Position numbers and translations under genes: made by a program. A stretch of 63,435 nucleotides of DNA, the filler included, from Ministeria vibrans ATCC 50519 (taxonomy: Eukaryota > Protista > Filasterea), in NCBI GenBank assembly GCA_943704425.1. It is 4 parts of 4 records of this genome, joined end to end, with 100 filler letters (N's around TTAATTAATTAA, not from the genome) between each part and the next. Parts side by side here need not be neighbours in the genome. Positions count along the whole stretch, not along the records: positions 1 to 31,937 come from CALSCP010001633.1; 3 more parts are not named here. One strand, given 5' to 3'. This document shows, piece after piece, positions 1 through 9,877 of the stretch. The notes under the pieces were generated by a model. It saw nothing but the letters and a program-made list of their open reading frames with translations, was not told the origin of the DNA and searched no databases. Position 1 is the stretch's first letter. Every line of letters begins with the position of its first letter.

Positions 1-35
<35 letters not shown>

Positions 36-263
36 GAACGCACAAAAAAATGCGAGAAGAATTTTTTCGACTTTCGTCAATTGTCTTCACTTTTTTTCTC
101 TCTCTCGTCCCCTGCCCAATCATTGCCTCGTTGCCTGAGACCTCTTTTAAGTAGTGCACTGTTAGGTATTGACTGGTGCAAGTGAGTAGTGAGCGGAGGA
201 TTGCTAAATTTTCACGCTTTTCCTGAACTTTTCCTTTCCTTTTCCTCACAGGAAATCTTGAGA

Positions 264-1850
264 ATGGCACCGGTAGCCCCTACTGTCTGTCCCTATCCGG
301 ACTATATGAAAGAGAAATACAACAATGACCAGACTCGCCGTGGAAGCGTTGCGTTTGCAATCACTTTGGACGCAATGAGAGTGCGGGATATCTCAGGAGG
401 TGCTTTGCTGTATGCCTTGAAGGGCATGCAAGAAGGCTACGGTGACGTTCCAGTGGCTGAGTTTGCCAAGAAGGCCAAAACTGACAGCCCCCGAAAGCCT
501 GCTGTCAATCACAGGCTGACAGTGCACGACATCATCGACATCTATGCGCCAAGGGACAACGTAGGCGAGTGCGTGACCCACAGCGACTACTTGCACGCCT
601 TTGTCTACGACCTGTGGACTCACATTTACAAGTCCCTGGAAGACACGACTCCAGTCGCCTTGGCTAGATTTCATCGCGTCTCTGGCAAAGTCAACACCCA
701 GGCGTCGATCACCTACGGCACATTGGGAAATATCAGCATCGAGTACAACAACGGGGTGGACATTCAGTTCAAGGTGTCGAAGCCTCGATCCACTGATGAG
801 GAGAAGACAAAGAAGAAACGCTCCAAAAACAGCAAGGAGATGTCGACCAGCACCGAGACCGCCGCCGCCGCCGCCGCCGCCGCCGCCCCCACTTTCACCA
901 CGTGTACCGCCCCTGCCAAGATGGCCATCGCCGCCACACTGGGCACACTCACACCCACTCCCACGCCCTCACCCACCGCCTCCGCCAATGACTACAACGG
1001 TAACCAAGAGTCGCGCACAAGCTCGGAGAGCCGTCAGGGAGATAGTCCAGCGGCGCCAGGTGATGAGTGGATCACCCGAGAGATCTCCCCTGGTTTGCTC
1101 GTGCTTGTTGACACATGCGCCAAGCCGGATGAAGTGCAGTCTGAGGACGACGGATGGACAAGCGGAAACACAGCTGCCAAGCAGGCACTCAACGAGCAGC
1201 CGAGGGACTCTGGCGGCCATCTCGAAGCGGGGGAAACACCAATGAGCTTGGACGAAGTGACATGGGAGGGCATGCTACTTGGCGAGCTCTCCGATGCAGA
1301 GGATGAATATCAGTGGCCAGTTAGCCCGTCGAACAAACAACACTTGGGCCCCAGTGACACCATCTCGACTTCAGCGCGCCCCCCTGCGGCCACTGACAAC
1401 AACAACGAGGACGACGACGACGAAGACGACGACGAGGAGGAGGAAAACCTGATTCCCATGGGCGCTGCGTTGGTGGGAAGCAAGCAAGGGTACCAGGACA
1501 GCAACAAGAACGAGAAAAAGGAGGAGCTGGTCGACAAGTCAGCAGAAATGGCGTCTCACCTGAGCAAAATGTTTATTAACGACAACAATGATGGTGACGA
1601 TGAGGAGGGCGGCGATGAGGATGGTGGCGATGGAGATGATGACCAGTCACCAGAGACGCTGCTGTCCCCAATGGCGAAGACGAATGGCACGGCTTCGGTC
1701 GCGCCCACCACAGCCAATGGTGCAGGTGAAGACGACACAGCCGATGGTGACGTCTTGGACGCCATGAGATGTCTCACGCTGGACAAGGTGGCCAATGTGT
1801 GTCCAGACGACAGCGACAACAACCCCAACAACTCAAAGGATAAGAAATAG
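264..1850 (+). CDS. Orphan protein A: ~165-aa N-terminal domain shared with the 2788-4395 ORF, basic NLS-like patch, long acidic low-complexity tail
   Basis: Single long ORF; first ATG at 264 follows a probable 5'UTR intron (GTGAGT 182, CAG 251). Shares MKxKYNxxQT, RL[TS]VxxIIDxxAPRD and C[VI]TxxxxLH with the next ORF. KTKKKRSK patch. Confidence 0.75.
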   Translation: MAPVAPTVCPYPDYMKEKYNNDQTRRGSVAFAITLDAMRVRDISGGALLYALKGMQEGYGDVPVAEFAKKAKTDSPRKPAVNHRLTVHDIIDIYAPRDNVGECVTHSDYLHAFVYDLWTHIYKSLEDTTPVALARFHRVSGKVNTQASITYGTLGNISIEYNNGVDIQFKVSKPRSTDEEKTKKKRSKNSKEMSTSTETAAAAAAAAAPTFTTCTAPAKMAIAATLGTLTPTPTPSPTASANDYNGNQESRTSSESRQGDSPAAPGDEWITREISPGLLVLVDTCAKPDEVQSEDDGWTSGNTAAKQALNEQPRDSGGHLEAGETPMSLDEVTWEGMLLGELSDAEDEYQWPVSPSNKQHLGPSDTISTSARPPAATDNNNEDDDDEDDDEEEENLIPMGAALVGSKQGYQDSNKNEKKEELVDKSAEMASHLSKMFINDNNDGDDEEGGDEDGGDGDDDQSPETLLSPMAKTNGTASVAPTTANGAGEDDTADGDVLDAMRCLTLDKVANVCPDDSDNNPNNSKDKK

Positions 1851-2787
1851 ACATATAAGTCAAACTATTGTGTCTGTGTGTGTCTGCGTGTGTGTGTGAA
1901 TTACTGTTAATCAGTGAAATGAGTGAAGCAACAATTTTCAAGATTTCTTTCGTCCAAAAGTATCAGCCTCTCTCTCTCTCTCTCTCTCTTTTTGTCTGTA
2001 TTGTGCGACATACATTGGACATCTATATCCAAGAATCCACTAGCGAACGGTTTACACTTTACAAACGAAACCCTCTCAAAAACAAACAACATTCGTTTTT
2101 AGGGTTACGCATGAGAATCACCGTGTGATCCTGCAAGACTGCAAGTTTGAAGTGGGCCTTACAATATGCTTGGGTGTGTGTAAACGTGTACAAACTGGGT
2201 GTGTGTAAACTGTGTGTGTTCAGTGAATGCAAATTAGGGAGAATCTTCGACCAAAGATCGAAAGTAAAAGTAAAGGGGTAGAAATCGGTGCAATCGCTTC
2301 AGCACCACACCCACAGCCTCACAATGGTCTCCTTATGGCCGTGCAATTAGTGCAAAGGTGCATAGGAGCTAGGATCGACGATAATATCAATAAATTCGCA
2401 TGTCATCCGTCCAAAGGAGATGACGGTCCGTCCGTCTGAGTCTAATGTGCAACATGGCCCGATGCCTAGGAGAATCTGGATGTAACCATGCGTGCCCATG
2501 CACTACGTCAGGTTGCCATGAGAAACAGGTCAGCGTAGACGTCGCATTTCGGGTCGTTAGTTTGGGTTGGAAAATTTTGCAACAATTTTTTCGCCAAGAT
2601 TATTTTGTCATATTTTCGACATTCGCTCCTTAGTCATTTGTATTTTGTCATGAGTCATCAGACTTTTTGCGTTGTTGTGGTCGTCTAAGTAGTAAGTTCT
2701 ACGGAGTGCGGAGTAGGATGGCAGCACTAAGCAGTATGGATTGGTGAATAGGGCGAGGAACTTCAAGAGAACACACAGAAACACACA

Positions 2788-4395
2788 ATGTGCGAGAATA
2801 TTCCGCCTTCGGAGCTGATGAAACGCAAGTACAACGCCTTGCAAACCTGGCATGGGGTGAAAGGGTTTATCGCATTCTGCCAGCACCTGAGCACGCACAA
2901 TATAAAGCCTTCGGCGATTTTCCACGCACTGCCGACGGACGGCGATGCGCCGGGGACAGTCCGCCTTGTCACAGTGGCAGAGAACACGCGTCTCTCCGTC
3001 GACAAGATCATCGATATGGTCGCACCCAGGGATACGCACTCCGATGGAGCGTGCATCACGTACGCGTGCGCCCTTCACAGCTATTCGTCGTGCAAGCACG
3101 AGTTTATCCTCGACCTGCTTCTTCACCTGAAGAGCCAACTGAAGGACAAGGTCTCGTCCTGCAATCGGGCGTCGGGCACCAAGAAAGATCTCGCAACGCT
3201 CACTTTCACGGCGAAACCTCCCCACGGCGGGACTATTGAATTGTGCTACGGCGGAGAAAGAGAGGTGAAGATTCAGTGGTCACCATGCAAAGCAACAGGC
3301 AAGCTTGGGCCGCAGGAAGCAGACCTGAAAGCAGTATTGGCTCTCATCAGGCGCCCCTCCTCACCGACAGCACTTGGATGTACATGCACATACATCACTA
3401 CTACCGCCGCCGTCAACGAAGACCAAAGCATGTGCACAAACCCAGAGCGTAAAAGACCCGCCCAATCGTTGGCACATGAGAGCGGAGAGGCACACCCTCT
3501 GAAAAAGCACCACGCCTTGGACATCGATGAATTTAAGCGCGCCTTAGATGCGCCAGCCTCCTTCACTCGAGAGACGACGCTAGCATCCTCCAGCACAACA
3601 ACAGACCCAAACAGTGGCAGTCGCAACGCATCAACAGGCGAAGACAGCAGTCCAAGTACATCAGTCGTCATACGAGACGACGACTCCTGCTACTCCAGCG
3701 ACGAGAGTTCCTTTACCTGCACGGCTAATGCAGGTGAGGGCGATTCTCTGCCGTTTGAACTCCCGCTCGATTTAGGCGCGTCTGAAATAAAGGCTTTGGC
3801 ATACTGTGCCGCCGTATCACTGGGCTCAAGTGTGGATGACGGCGCTGTAACCCCAAACAGTTGCGATAGGTCTCCTTCCATGGGCGCACGTCCTGTTTCC
3901 ATGGGCGCGCGCCGCACTGTTGCAACTGCTGCAGCGCTCCCATCCACAACTGTAGTAGAGGAAGACGACGATGGTGACGATGATGACGACGACTTTGGCC
4001 ACACCACGATTATGATGGGCGCACGTCCTTGTTCCATGGGCGCGCGCCGCACTGTTGCAACTGCTGCAGCGCTCCCATCCACAACTGTAGTAGAGGAAGA
4101 CGACGATGGTGACGATGATGACGACGACTTTGGCCACACCACGATTATGATGGGCGCACGTCCTTGTTCCATGGGCGCGCGCCGCACTGTTGCAACTTCT
4201 GCGGATGAAGACGCTGATGATGACGACGACGATGATCATGAGTTAATTGCAATGGGTGTGGCAATGGGCTCACTCAACCTCAGCTACGTCAACAAAAAGG
4301 ATGACGAAGATGACGACGAAGATGACGACGAAGATGACGATGATCCTGAGAAGTTGCTGCCAATGAGTACGGCGATGGGATCACTCAGCAAGTAG
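2788..4395 (+). CDS. Orphan protein B, tandem paralogue of 264-1850, with acidic repeat tail
   Basis: 535-aa ORF with the same N-terminal motifs as protein A; internal 45-aa tandem repeat; possible 5'UTR intron 2692-2734. Confidence 0.75.
   Translation: MCENIPPSELMKRKYNALQTWHGVKGFIAFCQHLSTHNIKPSAIFHALPTDGDAPGTVRLVTVAENTRLSVDKIIDMVAPRDTHSDGACITYACALHSYSSCKHEFILDLLLHLKSQLKDKVSSCNRASGTKKDLATLTFTAKPPHGGTIELCYGGEREVKIQWSPCKATGKLGPQEADLKAVLALIRRPSSPTALGCTCTYITTTAAVNEDQSMCTNPERKRPAQSLAHESGEAHPLKKHHALDIDEFKRALDAPASFTRETTLASSSTTTDPNSGSRNASTGEDSSPSTSVVIRDDDSCYSSDESSFTCTANAGEGDSLPFELPLDLGASEIKALAYCAAVSLGSSVDDGAVTPNSCDRSPSMGARPVSMGARRTVATAAALPSTTVVEEDDDGDDDDDDFGHTTIMMGARPCSMGARRTVATAAALPSTTVVEEDDDGDDDDDDFGHTTIMMGARPCSMGARRTVATSADEDADDDDDDDHELIAMGVAMGSLNLSYVNKKDDEDDDEDDDEDDDDPEKLLPMSTAMGSLSK
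3880..4197 (+). repeat. 135-bp (45-aa) in-frame tandem repeat, ~2.3 copies
   Basis: ATGGGCGCACGTCCT recurs at 3880, 4015 and 4150 with near-identical intervening sequence. Confidence 0.95.
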
Positions 4396-4664
4396 CATGT
4401 GTGCTTCGACAAAGATGATGACGACAAAGACGACGACGATGATGATGATCAGTGCCACGCTCATGCGAATCAGAGAGCAACTTAAAGAGTTGAATGTGTG
4501 TTTGTGTGTAGGTGTGTCTGTGTTTATGAATATGAGTAAGTGAGTGTGTTTATATATATATGTGTGTATGTGTGAGCGAGATGGCTAGTGTGAGTGGACG
4601 AAATGCAAAGATGAGACATACTTAAGAATTCGATACAATCATTATATTTTATTACAATCCTTTG

Positions 4665-7600
4665 TTATTTGGACAACTGAGTGATTGGCTCCCAATTGGC
4701 GGGCAGGGGCGAGTCAACGAGAGGACGACAGATTTTGGCCATGCGCGCAGATGGGGGATCGCCCTCAAAGCGCACGACAAGATCGTCAAAGGCGGCAAGA
4801 GCCGTGGCAAAGTCACGACGACGGTACGCTTCCAGGGCCAAGGCGTAATCGCTGCAGAGACGGTCGTAGTACGCGACGCGTTTTTCGTGAGCGGCTGCAT
4901 CACAGGCATCGTCGGGAAGGGGTTCGCTGTCGACAGGGGTCACAACAGCAGGACGCTGTGGCGTTGTCGCTGGTGTTGTTGTTGCTGTTGTCATTGTCGT
5001 CGAAATGTCATCATCGTCACTGCAGAACGGATCAGACGTGCGTCGATTTGACGAGGCAGCTCGCTCGCCGTGCCAGACGCGAGGACAGATGAGCTCGTAA
5101 AACGCAATGGCTTCGCTCTTGCCGGCGACTCGGCACCGGTCGACCTCGCGGTACACAAGTTTGCTGGGTCCGGCCGCGCGGATCGTCGCCTCAGTTGCGA
5201 GCACAAGTACCCCAAAGAACTTGGTGAGCGACTCGGTGCGCGCCGCAAGGTTGACCGTGTCACCAATCACGGTGTAGTCAAGGCGTTTGGTCGAGCCAAT
5301 GTTGCCACAGGTGAGATCACCTGTGTTGAGTCCGACGCCAACGTGGATCTCACGCAGGCCACGACGACGACGCTGGACGTTCATACGACGCCGCACCACC
5401 ACTAGATCAAGCGCAGCCAGACACGCGTCAAGAGCATCGTGCTCGCCGGCAAAAGGAACACCGTGTGCCGCCATCAAGCAGTCGCCAATAAAGCTCAAAA
5501 CAACGCCACTGTGATGTTCGCTCACCGCCACTGCCACATCAAAGTGCTCATTCAGTAGCTGCACAACCTCGCCCGAGTTCATTTCCTCGCTCAACGACGT
5601 AAAGCCACGGACATCACTAAAAAGCACCGTTGCATGCTGGCGCACCCCACCCAGACACACGTCGGCATCCGCCATCACCTTGGACAGAACCTGCGGTGAC
5701 AGATAGCGCCCCAGCGCCTGTCGTGCGCGCTTGGCCGCCGTAATATCCTCAATGCAGACAATAACGCCCGAGAGCTGTGTGGGCACGCCGGAAGAGTCAT
5801 CTGTGTTGTGCTCCAGGTCAGGCATGAGCAGAGGTGAGACGGAGTAGCTGATGGTGACGCGTGTCCCGTGTGGGGTGTCGAGATCGTAGATGACGTCGCT
5901 GATGGGATTGCCGGTGCGGTAGACGGCATGCACGTCAGCCAGGAGCGTCTTGTGGCCGCGCATAAGACGCCGAAACGTCACACCACCAGAGGATGCGTCG
6001 GTCGTGCTGTCGTCGGCAGTCGGGAAGTGAAAGAATTGCGAGAGGTGCTCGGGATGGTTAGACGAGACGTAGCGGCCAAGCGCATCAAAGGTAGTGACCG
6101 TCGTCGCAATGGCCTCAAGCACCGTCTCCTGATGCACCATCGACGAAACACCTTCGGCGTGCATGCGTGCGTGATGGAGTGCAATATGCGTCTGCGACGC
6201 GACCAACGTCAACAGATTTTCGTCGTCGTCGCTCAGCGGGACTTCCCCAGCACGCATGACCACGAGCACGCCCATCGAGCCACTGTCCACACGACTCTCG
6301 GCCGAGACACTCGTTGATGCGCCCACCGGCACAAGACACATCGACGTCGCCTTATCCAACATCGTCGTGAACATGTCGCGGTCATCTGCTCCCCCATCTC
6401 CCATTGGCAATGTACGCAGACGCTCCAAGTCCATAGCGCATTCCCGCTCCATCGACATACGATCTGTAACCAACAGCGACTTGCCCGTATGTGCCACCAG
6501 GCCCACTGCAAACCCCTCCGCTGCTCCTATAGGCATATGCACCGATGCAAACAGCTCAGGCTGGTTGGCACGCAGCTGCTCACGTCGTCTCTCCAGCTGC
6601 GCCGCGCGCCCCCTTTTCTCCATCACTGACTCTGACTCACCAATGCTCCCACCAAAGCCAGAAAGTGAGTGCATTGACGCATTGACGTTGTCCCTTGCGT
6701 CGTCACCAAAGCCAGAGAGTGAGTTCATTGACGCATTGACGTTGTCCCTCGCGCGACTGCTAACGTTGTCGTGAATGTCACAGAGCGAGCTCATTGAAGA
6801 GCTGACTGATGGTACAATGTCGTCCGGAAGACTCTCGCCTATTTTTGTGGCGGTGGTTGAAGCGGTCGCTGTTGTGTTCCGTGGCGCGAATACACCACCA
6901 AAGAACCGTGCCTGGGCGCTGTCGGGAAGTACGCACGCCTCGGAGGCCCACAGGCGATCACCGTCACGCAGAAACAGCACGCATGTGTCAGCACGTACCA
7001 GACGACAGGTTTCGCCCATAACGTGACGCATGAGTGAGCGGAGGTCGCGACCACTGGCGAGCAGCGACGAAGTGATATCCGCGAGGCGTTGCATGCGACG
7101 GTAATCGGCGGCACGGTAGTGCAGAGCGTCCGTCTCGTGTGCGATGTGCATGCTAACCTCTTCTTTGATTGTCACTGTGGCCGGTCGCACCACAAGGTAG
7201 TTTTGGAGAGCAACGCCGACGAGTGCAGCAAGTGAGAGAAGCAGCAAAGCAAAGCGTGCGGAGGAGAAGTCGTCGCTGGTGGCGTCCCCGTACTCCTCTG
7301 CAAACTCGCGCAGCTGCTGTGCTGCGAGTCTATTGTCGCCATTGTGGATCGCCGTTCCAATCCGAGAGAGAGTCTTGCGCTGTGCGGGCGACATTGCGCC
7401 TTGGCTCAGACGTGTGCGGTGTTCGTCGTCAAGCACACCCGTCACAAGCGACACATGGAGTGCCTTGAGACGACTTACGCTCGTCGTGTGCAGCGTCGTG
7501 TGCACCTCCGAGCCAGCTGCAGCACTCGCAAGGTGCACACACGAGTCTAGTTGGCGCAAGGCCGCCACGCGTGGCATGTAGTCGCGAGCGAACACTGAAT

Positions 7601-8008
7601 CAAGGAAGTGTAATAAATAAGCGAATGTGTCAAACCAAAAAAAATAAAACAACCCAAAAAGAACCCAATAAAAAAAACAAAAAAAAAACGGAAGAGATGA
7701 GAATGGGTACCAAGCTGAAACCAAAGCTGAGAGAGAAGAATGAAGAGGATGATGGCGGCAGCGGTGACGTGGTGGCGCGTGAGCAGGGCGTCGACGCCCG
7801 ACAGCCGTCCGCGCTCCCTGTGGGCGAGCGCAACGAACGCGCGCGCCGTGACGAAGTCCTTTTCGCTGGGCAGCTCTGTGCGCGTGCCCGTGCCGCGTTT
7901 GGACGCGGAATGCTGCCCAGGGAGCTGAAATTCTTCGTCGAAGACTGACGATGAAAAGGAATTCGTTCCGGCGCGTGGACGCCGTATTCGCAACGACCCC
8001 ACCGACAT
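4665..8008 (-). CDS. Membrane-anchored bacterial-type class IIIb adenylate/guanylate cyclase (2TM-GAF-PAS-cyclase-TPR-like tail); exons 8008-7711 and 7594-4665, 1075 aa
   Basis: Cyclase motifs VLFSDVRGFT, FIGDCLMA, GVGLNTG and DYTVIGDTVNLAARTE; GAF ends (LVRADTCVLFL ... DENLLTLVASQTHIAL); PAS-like segment; C-terminal ALEAYRRRDF...PLPANWEP tail typical of bacterial CyaB-like enzymes. The GT-AG intron 7710-7595 restores frame and adds the first TM. Confidence 0.9.
6650..6755 (-). repeat. 54-bp in-frame tandem duplication (ARDNVNASMxSLSGFG x2) in a GAF-domain insertion
   Basis: Two near-identical 18-codon units visible in both DNA and protein. Confidence 0.85.
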
Positions 8009-8225
8009 GGCGCAAGAGTGTGTCTTTCTGGACTGTGCTCCGCCGCCGTGTGTAGCAGATTCAACGGCGCGTTGACGTTTCTGCCGAAAAAGAAAAGACA
8101 ATAATTGTTTATTAATTTTATTTTGTCGATACTCAATTTGTTTAGATCGACTTTAATCTGTCAGTTCCCGAATTGTGCTTTACCTGAGTTTACCATCCAT
8201 ACTTCTTTTTATTATTTGATATTGA

Positions 8226-8949
8226 ATGATGGAGGGAGCTCGGCGTCGCCGCGGAGGAGGGATGGAGACGGTGGACCAGTCTTCGGGCGGTGATGCTGAC
8301 GGCATAGGCAAACACGGCGACAAGAAGGTGTGACGCCTGCCACGCGTGTCCCGCGCGATGCTGACGTGGGGGGGTGGTGCTGTTCTAGGTGATGAACGTA
8401 CTCGTGGGCTCGATATTTGCGCTGTTGGCTGGTTTTTTCTTCTTTACGGTACGAACTCAAGTGTGTATTTGTGTTTGGACAGTGCAACAACAAAACAGCC
8501 GGCTTAGCTGTGCTTGTGAAGCCATGCATGAGTGCGGTGGGGTGTCTATCGGGCCGAGTGGTGGGCGACAGGCTGTGCTGAGCCGTTGTTTTTTTGATTA
8601 CAGAGTCTCCGTGAAAATGTTGTGTCGTTGACGCGTCAAATTCTGAGGACGTCAGTGGATCCCGTGACGGGACTCATCACGGAACACATGACCGTCGAGC
8701 ATGTGTTTGATCTCAACATCCACTACAGTAAGTGCAATGATGGGCTGTTGTGTTGGATTGGGACTGAGACAGTGACTCTCTAAGGTGTTGCTCTGTACAT
8801 GAGCATTGCCGCTCTTGGACACTTTGTGCTGTGTATTCCCATCGTGTTCAAGCGGTACACGTCGTTCATCGAACGTGGTATGGGTCCTCATCGATGGATT
8901 GAATACTCCTTCTCGGCCAGTCTCATGATGGTACGCCAATCAGTCAGTC

Positions 8950-8987
<38 letters not shown>

Positions 8988-9543
8988 TTTTTTCTCTCTC
9001 ATTTTTTCTCTCTCTCTTTCACTCACTTTTACTTTCTCTCACTTCTTTCTTTCTTTTTCTCACTCACTTTCTCTCTCTCTTACTTTCTTTCTCTTTCTTT
9101 CTCTTTCTTTCTTACTTTCTTACACTTTCTTCTAGGTTGTGATCGGTGTATCGGTAGGAATCCGTGATATTGCAGCCTTGGTGCAAATGGCGGTGTGCAT
9201 GAGCACGTGCATGCTCTTTGGCTGGCTCGCTGAGGAGGGCATTGCGACGCAGCACCCTCTCGGCCTGCGCGCTCACGTCTTTGCCTGGCTTCCTTTTGTC
9301 GCTGCCTGGACCACCATTGCTCATGCCGTTTGGTGCCTTCCCGCTGATGTACTTGCCGCGTCGACTGTGCCAATGACTGTCGCTGCCATTTTTGCTGGCT
9401 TTTGTGCCTTTGGCGTTGCACAGTCGGCTCACTTGTTTGGGTTCGTGTCCAATGAGGCGATTGAGCGCACCTTTGTCGTGCTTAGTTTATGGGATAAGGC
9501 GTTTCTTGCCACTTGCGTTGCCTTTGGCCTTTTGTCTGCCTAG
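8226..9543 (+). CDS. Heliorhodopsin (279 aa); exons 8226-8327, 8389-8448, 8604-8727, 8785-8930, 9136-9543
   Basis: All introns are GT-AG and phase-compatible. Spliced product has heliorhodopsin hallmarks: VALYMSIAALGHF (TM2 His), RWIEYSFSASLM (TM3 Arg and Glu counterion), GIRD, MLFGWLAE, and ERTFVVLSLWDKAFLA (TM7 SxxxK retinal Lys). Basic N-terminus and long loop after TM1. Confidence 0.9.
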
Positions 9544-9609
9544 ATCAAGCCTCTGTATTAAAATTGTGAGAAATAGTTTCACCACAAACAAAAAGTCACA
9601 ATAATTAAT

Positions 9610-9857
<248 letters not shown>

Positions 9858-9877
9858 TAGTATTAGTATTTTCTTAC

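Noticed and set aside
2170-2212. Duplicated TGGGTGTGTGTAAAC (forkhead-like) and ATGAGTCAT (AP-1-like, 2650) upstream of orphan B
   Set aside because: Short motifs in TG-rich DNA can arise by chance; no independent support.
7595-8015. N-terminal ~140 aa of the 1116-aa ORF-track cyclase
   Set aside because: Reads through an intron and the wrong frame of exon 1; the spliced model from ATG 8008 is used instead.
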